A stretch of 20,000 nucleotides of DNA, taken from the IMG/VR virus record IMGVR_UViG_3300006056_003323; one strand, written 5' to 3'. The notes under the pieces are model-generated. The model did no database searches and was not told the DNA's origin. It worked only from the letters and a program-made list of their open reading frames with translations. The DNA is from an uncultured virus (IMG/VR IMGVR_UViG_3300006056_003323) (Duplodnaviria; Heunggongvirae; Uroviricota; Caudoviricetes). Made by a program: the position numbers and the translations under genes. Shown here in pieces: positions 1 through 9,019 of this stretch (within the stretch, counting starts at the first letter, position 1; every line of letters starts with the position of its first letter).

Positions 1-17
1 ATGGCGCCGAAGGCTGG

Positions 18-920
18 TTGTCGATGAAGGACAAGGGGATCGAGAAAGAGCTTCACGAATCGACGGTTCAGTCGAGCCTTCAGATGACGATTCGCCATGC
101 CGTCCTCACTCTTCCTGATGAAGAGGTCTTCGAGTGGACTGATCGAGCCAGGGTACGCCTCGGCGTGATCAGGCGTTGGTCATTGGCTGAAGTAGCATAT
201 TGGACGCCTGCGCATCGCGAGGCCATCGTGCGACACCTCCGCGATTGGTTCATCAAGAAAAGCAGCATTCAAAGCGTCGTGAACAGCATTCTGTTTGACC
301 TCTTCTGTCGTGGAGAGGAAGCCTTCATGATGGCGCTCATGATCAAGAGCGCACGAAGCTTTGCGTCTTCGTCGAAGACGAATTTCGTCGGCATCACCGA
401 CGAGAAGCTGCTGGACCAAGTCGCCAAGGTCTTGGAGGACTCTGAAGATGACCTATTCGGCGACAACAAGGACGCCGAAGATGGGGTGGCTCGCATTCAG
501 TGGAGGGGGAACCACATGATGGCATGGATGGGCAGGCTCCAGCAGAGCCTCTCGAGCTGGAATGCGCTCTTGAGATATCAGATCAGGTCCATGGAAAGGA
601 AGGAGCTCATGCTCACCTCCATGGAGGCGCTGCTCGAGATCAGCCATGGCATGGCGTGCTGGGAAGCCCTCGGCGAAAGCCCGGTTCGGTCTCGTGTGTA
701 CACGCAAGAACAGGCGATCTGGTTGCATGATCGGACGCGAGATATGGCTGTCGCTTTGGATGCAAGCCTCCTCCCGGCGAAGATGATCGAGCGAGCGAAA
801 AGGGGCAGCAGCACGAAGACGATCCTCAGTCGATACGCGCGCTCGATCGTGATCGAGAAGATGGCATACTACGTTGACGAAGCGATGGATTGTGTCGCGA
901 GGATGGAGCGGGTCCAGTGA
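18..920 (+). CDS. Hypothetical helical protein (frame open to the window edge, so possibly 5'-truncated; nearest ATG at 24)
   Basis: 300-aa ORF with protein-like composition; its TGA overlaps the GTG of the next gene (GTGA at 917-920). Confidence 0.75.
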   Translation: MSMKDKGIEKELHESTVQSSLQMTIRHAVLTLPDEEVFEWTDRARVRLGVIRRWSLAEVAYWTPAHREAIVRHLRDWFIKKSSIQSVVNSILFDLFCRGEEAFMMALMIKSARSFASSSKTNFVGITDEKLLDQVAKVLEDSEDDLFGDNKDAEDGVARIQWRGNHMMAWMGRLQQSLSSWNALLRYQIRSMERKELMLTSMEALLEISHGMACWEALGESPVRSRVYTQEQAIWLHDRTRDMAVALDASLLPAKMIERAKRGSSTKTILSRYARSIVIEKMAYYVDEAMDCVARMERVQ

Positions 921-1258
921 GAGCTGTGTTGGTCATCGTGATCGTTCTGTTCCTGCTCGAAGAGCTTGCAGCGGCGATCGTCGTGGACTTGTTCTGGAGC
1001 ATCTACAACAAAGAGGCTCTCCGATTGGGTCGCGCAGACCCGGAGAAGCTTCGCGTCGCCCTCTCGTCGATTCGGGCATCGGTCTGGATCAGCGCGGCCT
1101 GTGAGGTCACAGCGATCCCCGTGATCGCCTACTTGGACCGAGCGCAGAGCAATCCGCTGGCGATCCTGCTGGGCATCCCAGCGCTCCTCGCTCTCAACGG
1201 GATGGTGCTCTTCCGCGTGTGGGAGAAGAGGAAGTTGGTCGATGACCAGCATCGATGA
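917..1258 (+). CDS. Small membrane protein (2-3 hydrophobic segments, basic C-terminus)
   Basis: GTG start coupled to the upstream stop; hydrophobic stretches AVLVIVIVLFLL and PLAILLGIPALLALNGMVLF followed by KRK. Confidence 0.7.
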   Translation: MRAVLVIVIVLFLLEELAAAIVVDLFWSIYNKEALRLGRADPEKLRVALSSIRASVWISAACEVTAIPVIAYLDRAQSNPLAILLGIPALLALNGMVLFRVWEKRKLVDDQHR

Positions 1259-1760
1259 CGCAGAAGCGTTGGCCATCTTCGCTGAGATGGATGCAATGTC
1301 GAGGCAGAACGTGGCAGATACGGAGGCGGATCGGCGTGGTCGAACACCACCTCCGTGGATCAGCGCAATGCTGAGGATCCTGCACTGCCAACAGTGGGGA
1401 TATGCTCAAAACGAGGTCGATCCAAGGTTCGTCCTTCCTGTCTACGACGGAGACAGACCCAAAGATCTGTCGGACGGAGACATCGAAATCATGGATGGGA
1501 TAAGTAATGAGTATCGAAATCGCTGGTCTACAGAAGAAGGCTCGGCTCTTCAAAGGAGAGATCGGCACCTCGACAGAGGCCGCGGAGACGGGTATGCAGC
1601 AGGCGTTCGCGATACACATCGACGCGTTCACGAGGCGCTGCTGGGGGAGACGTACGACCAACGGTACCGTCGGATCAAAGAAAGCGGTGGCGTAATCAGC
1701 GAAGCTCGTCGAGAGGAAACCTCAGAGATGTGCCACTGGTGCATGAGGAAGAATACGTGA
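1242..1760 (+). CDS. Hypothetical protein
   Basis: 172-aa ORF tiled between neighbours; its stop overlaps the next GTG start (GTGA at 1757-1760). Confidence 0.6.
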   Translation: MTSIDDAEALAIFAEMDAMSRQNVADTEADRRGRTPPPWISAMLRILHCQQWGYAQNEVDPRFVLPVYDGDRPKDLSDGDIEIMDGISNEYRNRWSTEEGSALQRRDRHLDRGRGDGYAAGVRDTHRRVHEALLGETYDQRYRRIKESGGVISEARREETSEMCHWCMRKNT

Positions 1761-2578
1761 GCGAACTTCCTGATCTCGGCTCTTGCGTCCTCACGATGCC
1801 AGGCTCCGATCGCCTGTCCGACGCGGTGAGCGGGTTCCCTGAGATGGTCGAGAGGATGACGGCCCGAAGCGTCTCCGCCCTCGATCCAGGCATCGTGACG
1901 ATCACGGAGGCGTTCGACGGGCCGATCTTCTCGGTCTGGCGAGAAGGACGGATGGTCTGCTCGTCAAACGACTGGCTGGCTGCAGCTCCCGTTGTGAGGC
2001 GGAGACTGGCAGCTCTTCTGCCCACGGAAGACGTGGAGCTGATCGTAGGTCACCCACGTGAGTACGCTGGCTACTCGACGGACGATGACCTCTTCTTGCT
2101 CGAGCTGCGCGTGGGTGGACAAAGGGTCTCTTGGGAAGAGATGTCCATCGCGTCGAAGCTCGTGCCTCACCTTCATCTCGAGCACGTTCTGTGGAGAGAA
2201 AGGGAGGGCATCTCTGTGTCCGAGGCCATTCGCGCGGTCGGGATAGCTGGCTCGATGCGATACAAGAAAGACCCGAGGAGACTCGTGTACTGGCTGGACA
2301 TCGGCCGCGGTGCTTCTGCGAAAAACGCGGCGCTCGGGATGTACCTCTATCCGCTGCCGAAGATGAGCTACGAGGAGCAGAGGTTCTTTCGTTCGTTCGG
2401 GATCCTGCCGCGCTTCAATGATCGGCCGGCGATCGAGAAGGCCGCACAAGCCGCGACGCGACACGGATCGGCTCCGGACCAGATGGGTCGCATGGACGAA
2501 GACCTGTCGAAGCTCTCGCCGAAGCAGCTTCGCCAGGCCCGGATGCGGGCCGCACAGGTGATCCTTCGCGGCGTCTAG
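1757..2578 (+). CDS. Hypothetical protein with a degenerate RNA-ligase/nucleotidyltransferase-like domain
   Basis: VTITEAFDG resembles ligase motif I (TEKxDG) with K->A; LFLLELRVGGQRVSWEEM and LHLEHVLW resemble the F.FDI....SW.E and VPVLY segments of Rnl2-like ligases. Confidence 0.55.
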   Translation: MSELPDLGSCVLTMPGSDRLSDAVSGFPEMVERMTARSVSALDPGIVTITEAFDGPIFSVWREGRMVCSSNDWLAAAPVVRRRLAALLPTEDVELIVGHPREYAGYSTDDDLFLLELRVGGQRVSWEEMSIASKLVPHLHLEHVLWREREGISVSEAIRAVGIAGSMRYKKDPRRLVYWLDIGRGASAKNAALGMYLYPLPKMSYEEQRFFRSFGILPRFNDRPAIEKAAQAATRHGSAPDQMGRMDEDLSKLSPKQLRQARMRAAQVILRGV

Positions 2579-2600
2579 CCACGTGGTGTACCATCAGCCC

Positions 2601-3014
2601 ATGCGGCTTGATCAGGTGCTGAAAGGGTGGAAGCGAGCGCTCGTATCGCTTCCTTCAGGGCTTGTCGTCGAATGCGAAATCGCAGCGACGGAAGAGGACA
2701 GGGAGCGGGGGTTCAACGGCCGACGTCGACCTCCCTACGGCTCTGGCATGCTCTTCGTCTTCCCTCAGCCGGTGCTGAGTCCGTTCACGATGCAGCGCAC
2801 GGAGTTTCCCCTCGACATGGTCTTCATGCAAGGAGAGCTGAACGGAGAAGGCGCGGTGCCTGAGGACATCACGCAGGTCGTCAACGCGATCGCTCTCGAC
2901 CCCGAACTCGTCTGGCCATCGATGCTCTACAACCTCTGCCTCGAGACCACGAGCCGCTCGCCCATCCTCTCGAGCTCGAGAAGCACGTACGCGCTCATCT
3001 CGGAGAAGCGTTGA
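2601..3014 (+). CDS. DUF192 (UPF0127) family protein
   Basis: EIAATEEDRERGF...GMLFVF...FTMQRTEFPLDMVF matches the DUF192 pattern (E.A.T...R..GL...GMLFVF...FWMKNT.IPLD..F). ATG 2601 chosen because TACCAT lies 6 nt upstream; alternative GTG at 2583. Confidence 0.9.
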   Translation: MRLDQVLKGWKRALVSLPSGLVVECEIAATEEDRERGFNGRRRPPYGSGMLFVFPQPVLSPFTMQRTEFPLDMVFMQGELNGEGAVPEDITQVVNAIALDPELVWPSMLYNLCLETTSRSPILSSSRSTYALISEKR

Positions 3015-3285
3015 TCACCGACGCCTCGGCGATCGCCTTCTGCTGCTGCACGCGCACGGCTGCGTAGGTCAGAACGAACGCCTCGATCGACAGTGCGCCG
3101 GCGACGCCGTAGCGAAGCGCCTCTTTCTTTGATCCGCCGGCGATCGCGACGCCGACGCCGATCAGCGCGGCGCGGCCGAGCAGGTCGCGCAAGAGGTTCG
3201 GAACGGCAGAGCCGTCGCCGCGGATCAGCCTGTAGGCCGTGTCCGCCGAGGGGAGGGTGGGGCACATGTCTTGGTCGATCGCCAT
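2995..3285 (-). CDS. Small two-helix membrane protein
   Basis: MAIDQDM start with TATCGT 6 nt upstream; hydrophobic AALIGVGVAIAGG and YGVAGALSIEAFVLTYAAV. Confidence 0.7.
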   Translation of the reverse strand: MAIDQDMCPTLPSADTAYRLIRGDGSAVPNLLRDLLGRAALIGVGVAIAGGSKKEALRYGVAGALSIEAFVLTYAAVRVQQQKAIAEASVINASPR

Positions 3286-3375
3286 CCTCGAACGATACCA
3301 CGACCCAACACCCATGGGTGCCTTGCCAGAGCAGCGGCTTCCAGGCAACGATGCTCCAAGGAACAGGAGACTGCC

Positions 3376-4050
3376 TTGGTTTACGACGAAGATCTTCCAC
3401 CATTCCCGCCCACGTACCGAGCTCCGGTGCTGCACCCTGAGTCTCGGTACGTGGTGAAGTACGTCGAAGACCGTTCTCCGGAAGGCGCGATCATCAAGGC
3501 CGAGCTCGCTGCCAATGAGGATCCTTCGACGATGACCGCGGTCTTTTCTGTGCAGCTGATCGACAAGCGGTGCCCGAACTGCGGGGTTTGGCGCGGATGG
3601 TCAGACCAACGATCGGACAAGCAAAACTCGGCTGCCATGACAAAACACACGAGCGGGACAGAGTGTGCGTTCGACGCGGAGATCAGGAGGAGCCTGTGGA
3701 AAGGATACGTTCCTCTTTCTGTAGAACAGAGGAGGAAAGCCGAGCTGTTCGACCCGATCGATTCATATGGGTACTACACTCGAGGGGGCCCGGGTCGAAA
3801 AGCCAAGGCCACGCTGGACAGATGGGGAAGAATCGAGCGAGTCGCGCGATGGGAGTCCATGACGAAGAAAGAGCAAAGGACACGAGATGAGCTCGTGCAA
3901 GACACAAGCGACATCGAGGACGCATCGATCTCCGTGGCTCGCGAGCTCGCGATGCGATCGTGGGCTTCGACGAAAGACGTCAGAGTGGCCGCCATCGATC
4001 TGCTGAGGAAGCGCGGGCTGATCAAGACGATCGATCACTTCGATCCGTAG
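3376..4050 (+). CDS. Hypothetical protein with a possible zinc-binding motif
   Basis: CPNCG...H...C pattern; TTG at 3376 follows AGGAG and avoids overlap with the divergent gene. Start uncertain. Confidence 0.65.
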   Translation: MVYDEDLPPFPPTYRAPVLHPESRYVVKYVEDRSPEGAIIKAELAANEDPSTMTAVFSVQLIDKRCPNCGVWRGWSDQRSDKQNSAAMTKHTSGTECAFDAEIRRSLWKGYVPLSVEQRRKAELFDPIDSYGYYTRGGPGRKAKATLDRWGRIERVARWESMTKKEQRTRDELVQDTSDIEDASISVARELAMRSWASTKDVRVAAIDLLRKRGLIKTIDHFDP

Positions 4051-4426
4051 ACTTGGTCTTCGAGCGCCTGGAAGGCGTCAAGAGCAAGACGAGCAGCTCA
4101 GAGCCGAGCTGCTCGCTGAGCGTCCCGTCCGCGGCTCTTTGAGCAAGCGCTACTGCAGCAGCCCGAGCATCGCCCTTGAGAGACGAAAGATCGATGCCGA
4201 GGCGTCGAGCGTTGAGGCTGACCGCTTCGATCTCACCAAGGGTCATGCCTGGAATTGCGTCGACGATCTTCGGCCAGAAATCGCGACTCAGCGGACCGCA
4301 CTCGCCGCGCTCGACCTCGCCCAGATAGGTGTGTGACAAGCCAAGGATCTTCGCGAGCTCACGAAGGCTGAGCTTTGCCTCGACCCTCTTGCGTCGCAGA
4401 TATTCGCCGAACAGCTCCAAGTGCAT
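4022..4426 (-). CDS. XRE-family helix-turn-helix transcriptional regulator
   Basis: FGEYLRRKRVEAKLSLRELAKILGLSHTYLGEVERG is a typical HTH_XRE signature. Confidence 0.9.
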   Translation of the reverse strand: MHLELFGEYLRRKRVEAKLSLRELAKILGLSHTYLGEVERGECGPLSRDFWPKIVDAIPGMTLGEIEAVSLNARRLGIDLSSLKGDARAAAVALAQRAADGTLSEQLGSELLVLLLTPSRRSKTKSTDRSDRSS

Positions 4427-4479
4427 CGACGATGTGTACGGCAAAGCCTACGCACAGTCGAGCGGATGCGCGGTCTCTC

Positions 4480-5715
4480 TCAGTTCGCCGCCGGTCCAGA
4501 GGAGGCGACAGCGCCGGTGCCGAGCGCCTCAGGAGCCTCGAAGACGACCGGGACGAGCTCGTTGTCCTGCTCCACGTAGCGCCCCGCGGAAACCATCGCG
4601 CGCGTGACCTCGATCGGGTTCTGCCCCGAGCTCAGGCCGCCGGCGATCCGGATGATGTCGGCCGATGCCTTCGAGGTCTTCAGCCTCGCAACGCCCCCGG
4701 ACAGGCGGCTCCACCCGGCTGCTGATCCGTCCTTCGTTCCGAAGGAAAGCAGCGTGTTGACGACCAGCCGACGAGCCGACGCAAAAGCCACGTCGTTCGT
4801 CGCCCGCTCTTCAGAGGTTCCCTCGAGCGCGTCATGAGCAGCCTCTCCAGGCTGCATCTTCGCCCCGATCGAAGGGACTTGCGCCTGCTCGGCGGCAAGC
4901 GAGCCGCACACCCACGGCGATTCGATCCACTCGCAGGCTCCGTACCCCGTGTGAAGCCCCATCACGATCGTCTCTTCCGTGAAGTCATTGTACTGATCGA
5001 GCGCGCCGATCGCAGCCTCCACGTAGGTGCGAAGCTCGGAGACAAACGAGACGAAGTCGTTCGCGCCCGTCATGTACTCCGTCCTGATCCCGAACACGGG
5101 GACGCCGGGGAGCAATCTCCTGCTGCGATGCACCGTGATGTACTTCACCCGCTGCTCGCCCTTCTTCGTCTCGAGGATGATCGGGCACGCCGGGTTCGGC
5201 AGGCTCAAGCGCATCCCGTCGAACGGAAGAGACCAGTCCGCGACCCGAACAGAGCCCGGATCGGTCAGCATCATCTCCGAGGCGAAGCCGGCGGACAGGT
5301 CGATGGAAACCTGCCCATCCTTCTTCCACTGCGTGAAGAACGCCGCGTGCTCGTGAGAGTCCCCGAGCACCGGCACGCCAAGCCGATAAAACAAGACGTG
5401 GATCGCCGACTGCTCGAACACCGTGCCTTCGAGATGCACCATGTCCGGCGCCGCGCAGAGCAGAAAGTCTCGCGCGTAGCCCACGCACGAGGACAGGTGA
5501 CGAAGGAAGGACGCGTCGATCGGAGCGCTCTTGGTGACGAGGCTGTTCACCCACTGCTTCGTCTGCCTCTCCGCGTTCACGAGTCGCTCTAGGCGAATCT
5601 GGATCTCCGGGATCGGCTCGGACGATGCGGATCGCCCATCCGATTCGTTGGTCTTGCCGATAGGGGTCGCATCCGTTTCGTTGTTGCTCATGGGTTCTTC
5701 GTGCTCCTTGGACAT
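4480..5715 (-). CDS. Hypothetical protein (411 aa)
   Basis: Long ORF with globular-protein composition; no recognised family. Confidence 0.8.
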   Translation of the reverse strand: MSKEHEEPMSNNETDATPIGKTNESDGRSASSEPIPEIQIRLERLVNAERQTKQWVNSLVTKSAPIDASFLRHLSSCVGYARDFLLCAAPDMVHLEGTVFEQSAIHVLFYRLGVPVLGDSHEHAAFFTQWKKDGQVSIDLSAGFASEMMLTDPGSVRVADWSLPFDGMRLSLPNPACPIILETKKGEQRVKYITVHRSRRLLPGVPVFGIRTEYMTGANDFVSFVSELRTYVEAAIGALDQYNDFTEETIVMGLHTGYGACEWIESPWVCGSLAAEQAQVPSIGAKMQPGEAAHDALEGTSEERATNDVAFASARRLVVNTLLSFGTKDGSAAGWSRLSGGVARLKTSKASADIIRIAGGLSSGQNPIEVTRAMVSAGRYVEQDNELVPVVFEAPEALGTGAVASSGPAAN

Positions 5716-5724
5716 GTGTAAACG

Positions 5725-6402
5725 CTATTCTTGCCCGGCATCTGGCTCGCCGGAGGGATCGTCGTACCCATCCGTCGGGACGGGATATCGCACAGAGAGA
5801 TCTTGCCCCTGGGCCATGTACTCGAGCTGAGCCTTCGCGGCTCCGAAAAGGCTCTCCACCGCCGGCATCATCAGCTGCGCTCTCTTTTGGAGCAACTGGT
5901 AAAAACGGACGTGGTTCTTGAGGTTCTTCTCCTCGAGCTTGGAGACCTTCAGGCTCTGCTCCGCGAGGCGCTCTTCGAGGAGCAGCGACCTCTCCCGGGC
6001 AGCCGCGATCCTCGCTTGAGACTCGGCCATCGAACGCAGCGAGCTAGCGATCGACGAGAGGTCCGATGCGTCCGCATGCTCTGCACGATGGGCAACGTGA
6101 ACAGTCTTCCCATCCCTCAGCTCGAAGCTCGGCACGGAGGACGGCTCTTGAGGCTTCGCACCAGAGGTCTTCGACTCTGCAGTCGCGGCCTCGGACATCT
6201 CGCGAAGAGAGGAGAGGTGATGTCCGATGCCAGACGAGGGGCCATGGTAGATGGGACGCTTCTTGTGTGCCGGAAATTCGGCAGCACCGGCAGCGAGAGG
6301 CACCGAAGCCATGGCCGCAAACGCATCCGCCAAAACCTCTGCGTCGTCTCGCTCTTTGGTTTCTTGCTCTTCTGCGTCGCCGGGCTTTCGCTGATTCGTC
6401 AT
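5725..6402 (-). CDS. Hypothetical protein with a coiled-coil segment
   Basis: LSSIASSLRSMAESQARIAAARERSLLLEERLAEQSLKVSKLEEKNLK has heptad-like character; low-complexity N-terminus. Confidence 0.7.
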   Translation of the reverse strand: MTNQRKPGDAEEQETKERDDAEVLADAFAAMASVPLAAGAAEFPAHKKRPIYHGPSSGIGHHLSSLREMSEAATAESKTSGAKPQEPSSVPSFELRDGKTVHVAHRAEHADASDLSSIASSLRSMAESQARIAAARERSLLLEERLAEQSLKVSKLEEKNLKNHVRFYQLLQKRAQLMMPAVESLFGAAKAQLEYMAQGQDLSVRYPVPTDGYDDPSGEPDAGQE

Positions 6403-6441
6403 AGAGACGGACCATAGTCGCCGTCGCTAGACTTCCGCAAA

Positions 6442-7338
6442 CTATCGTCCGCGACGAACGAAGAAGGTCGCAGCAGCCCCGGCTACGACGCCGATCGCAG
6501 CCGCGCCGAAGCCATCGCCGACGAGGCTCCCCGCGCCACGGTAGGACTGCGAAGGCATGGGGAACTTCACGATGTTCGAGGAGAGCTCCTCCGCGAGCAG
6601 AGAGGAGGCGATCTTCCTCGAGCCAGGCGTTGGCGGGAGATCGTCTTCGGCCATCATCGCCATGACCATGGAGCGAACGACGGCCATTGTGACGAAGTCG
6701 TCGATCGAGACGGGTACGCCTTCTGCCAAGACAGACGCAACAGACATGAGCCCTCTCGCAGCTGCGGCCCAAGAGACGTCCGCCGGCAAGTAGACCGGAG
6801 ACTGAAGGCGAATCGTGAGCCTCGAAATCTCTCGAGCCAAGTGCTCTTCGATGGTCGGGGACTCTCCGAGGAGCTTCGACGAAGAGGCTTGCCCGATCGC
6901 CCAATCTCCCACCAAACGAACGCCCCGAGAGGCCATCCTGATCGAGGTCTTCTCGAGGGCGTCTTCGTCTTCGTTCGCTGGGGGGAGCCCGTCGAGGTGA
7001 AGCGAGATGATCTTCGAGCAAGTCCAGCAGAAGAGCATGGGGTTGATCTGGAAGAGCACCAGCCCGCCGCTCCTGAAGTCTGCCGATGCGAACGACTCCT
7101 CCGCGATCGCGTTCAAAATCTCGGACCAAACCTCGCTGATCGGCCGGCGATAGCGGTCCGAGGCGATCTTGGCGAGATCGTAGAGCGACTGCTTTTCTGC
7201 AGCCGAGATGATCCTGCGAGCGAAAGGATCGCCCGGAGTAGCATCGGTGATCACGCCCCTCTCGAAGAGTTGACCTGGAGAGACGAAGAGCTTCGTCGCG
7301 AGCGGAACCAAAGGAGAGGCGTCGTCGTGTGTGGCCAT
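6442..7338 (-). CDS. Hypothetical protein with a C-terminal transmembrane anchor
   Basis: Ends SYRGAGSLVGDGFGAAAIGVVAGAAATFFVRRGR*; TAGTCT 6 nt upstream of ATG. Confidence 0.8.
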   Translation of the reverse strand: MATHDDASPLVPLATKLFVSPGQLFERGVITDATPGDPFARRIISAAEKQSLYDLAKIASDRYRRPISEVWSEILNAIAEESFASADFRSGGLVLFQINPMLFCWTCSKIISLHLDGLPPANEDEDALEKTSIRMASRGVRLVGDWAIGQASSSKLLGESPTIEEHLAREISRLTIRLQSPVYLPADVSWAAAARGLMSVASVLAEGVPVSIDDFVTMAVVRSMVMAMMAEDDLPPTPGSRKIASSLLAEELSSNIVKFPMPSQSYRGAGSLVGDGFGAAAIGVVAGAAATFFVRRGR

Positions 7339-7401
7339 GCGTGAAGACTACCGCATTGGCTTCTTATTGGACAGACAGCGGCGAGCCGCCATGCTTGCAC
7401 C

Positions 7402-8430
7402 ATGAACACCGAAGGATTCTCGATTGCCCCAGGGCTGTACTTTCAGCTCTACTTGGACGCGTTCCGCAAGGGCGACAAGCGCCGCGCCCTCAAAGAGTTC
7501 GCCGAGAGCCCGCTGATGCAGCTCGGCATCTGCACCGGCATCGTCGGCCACGACTTCCCGAAGAACCGCGCCATCGGCGGGCTCTCCTCGAAGTTCGACG
7601 CTCGAGCCGAAGAGATCGTCAAGACCATCTGCGATGCGACGGGGAAGAAGCTCGTCGCCGGACTCGCCTACGGGCTCGACGGCAGCGGAGACCACGACGG
7701 AACGCGACTCACGGCGAAGGAGAAGGGACAGCGGATGGGGCTCGCGGTCGTCCGCAGCAAAGCCTCGGTCCTGCTCCCAAACGCCGAGACGACGTGGGAC
7801 CGCGACGAGGGTCCCGAGGACGACATGGACGAGGCCGGCGCGCTCGAGATGGGGCGAGAAATCCGAGCTCAGACCAACGTCTTCACGATCGATCAGCCCT
7901 GGCCCATGCCCGATCAGCACGGAGAGAACCGGCGGACCCCGAAGCCGATCGGCGATGGAGGAAGCTTCGCGGGGTTCCCGATCGACGAGTTCGGCTCGTG
8001 GGTCGACGCGCGCGCGCCGCAGTTCTACTGGGCGAACTGGTACCGATTCCACCAGGGGCGAGCCTACTCGAAGATCTCCGCGTGGATGGAGAAAGAGTGG
8101 AAGACCGTCGAGGACGGCATGCGCAAGCTCGACCCCAAGCTGATCAAGCCGAGGACCACGACGGTCCAAGGCTACGCGCACGACGTCTACCCCTGGACGC
8201 TCGGCAACCACCTGATCCGCACCGTCACGACAAAGCCCGTGATCATGTGGAACGATCCGGCCCCGACGCCGTCGACCATCGAGATCATCCGGGTCGTCGA
8301 TCGCGTGGTCTCCGCCGCGCGCGAGGCAGGCATCCACCCCGTCGAGCAGGTCGGCCGTATCCAGACGCAGGCCGGGATCCTCGCCGACAAGATCGTCGGG
8401 CCGAAGACCTGGGAGATCCTCTCCCGCTAG
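7402..8430 (+). CDS. Putative peptidoglycan hydrolase/endolysin: glycoside-hydrolase-like N-domain plus C-terminal PG-binding domain
   Basis: C-terminal VGRIQTQAGILADKIVGPKTWEIL matches the PG_binding_1 pattern (FQ...GL..DGIVGP.TW..L). NAE and FP..EF...D...PQFYW resemble GH25-like TIM-barrel muramidases (less certain). Confidence 0.7.
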   Translation: MNTEGFSIAPGLYFQLYLDAFRKGDKRRALKEFAESPLMQLGICTGIVGHDFPKNRAIGGLSSKFDARAEEIVKTICDATGKKLVAGLAYGLDGSGDHDGTRLTAKEKGQRMGLAVVRSKASVLLPNAETTWDRDEGPEDDMDEAGALEMGREIRAQTNVFTIDQPWPMPDQHGENRRTPKPIGDGGSFAGFPIDEFGSWVDARAPQFYWANWYRFHQGRAYSKISAWMEKEWKTVEDGMRKLDPKLIKPRTTTVQGYAHDVYPWTLGNHLIRTVTTKPVIMWNDPAPTPSTIEIIRVVDRVVSAAREAGIHPVEQVGRIQTQAGILADKIVGPKTWEILSR

Positions 8431-8888
8431 GGAGCGGCTTTCTCTGGGCGAGACCAGGGGATGTCTCGAGCAGCACGTCGAAGCTCCTCCGGCGCGTTTG
8501 AATAGGCTTCCAGAAGCCTCTGCAACGTGATGCTCCCGTCCGCTTGCTCGAGCCGCATCTTCTCGAGCAGCTCGATCGGCTCCCCTGCGATCGCGCTCAG
8601 CCCGTACAGGTTGACGATCTCGAGGCGAAGAATCGCGTCGATGACCGCAGCCATCGTCTTCCTTCGGATCGCGACGTACTGCGGGCGAAGGGCGCGCTCG
8701 ACGTCGTCTGAAATCTCTCCATCGAAGTAGAACTCTCCGCACTTCTCGCAGATCGGCGCCTCGGTGCCAGCTGGGATCGGAAGCGAGACGCCCATGCCCA
8801 TTCTCCAAAGCGTAGAGGAGCCTTCTGACGCGACGCTGATCGTCACCTTTCCTCCGCATTCTGCACAGCGAAACAGACTGTTTGACAT
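8427..8888 (-). CDS. MqsA-like antitoxin / YgiT-type zinc-finger protein with degenerate HTH
   Basis: CAECGG...CEKCGEFYFD zinc ribbon, a helical region, then QRLLEAYSNAPEEL resembling the MqsA C-terminus; GGAGG RBS before ATG at 8888. Confidence 0.7.
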   Translation of the reverse strand: MSNSLFRCAECGGKVTISVASEGSSTLWRMGMGVSLPIPAGTEAPICEKCGEFYFDGEISDDVERALRPQYVAIRRKTMAAVIDAILRLEIVNLYGLSAIAGEPIELLEKMRLEQADGSITLQRLLEAYSNAPEELRRAARDIPWSRPEKAAP

Positions 8889-9019
8889 CGCGCCTCCATA
8901 ACACCGAGAGCCATCGAGAACAACGCAGAGGTCGGTGGTGCAGGCCGTTTCTGTCGAGCGCGATGGCTGGTATCCTCCGCTCATAGGAGCCTGCTTTGAA
9001 CAAACTCGCGCAATGGACG

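Noticed and set aside
917..1258. Holin call for the small membrane proteins (also 2995-3285)
   Set aside because: Size and hydrophobicity fit, but they are not adjacent to the lysin and show no family motif.
1507..1695. 62-aa TAA-ending ORF
   Set aside because: It is nested in another frame within 1242-1760, which is translationally coupled to its downstream neighbour; no independent support.
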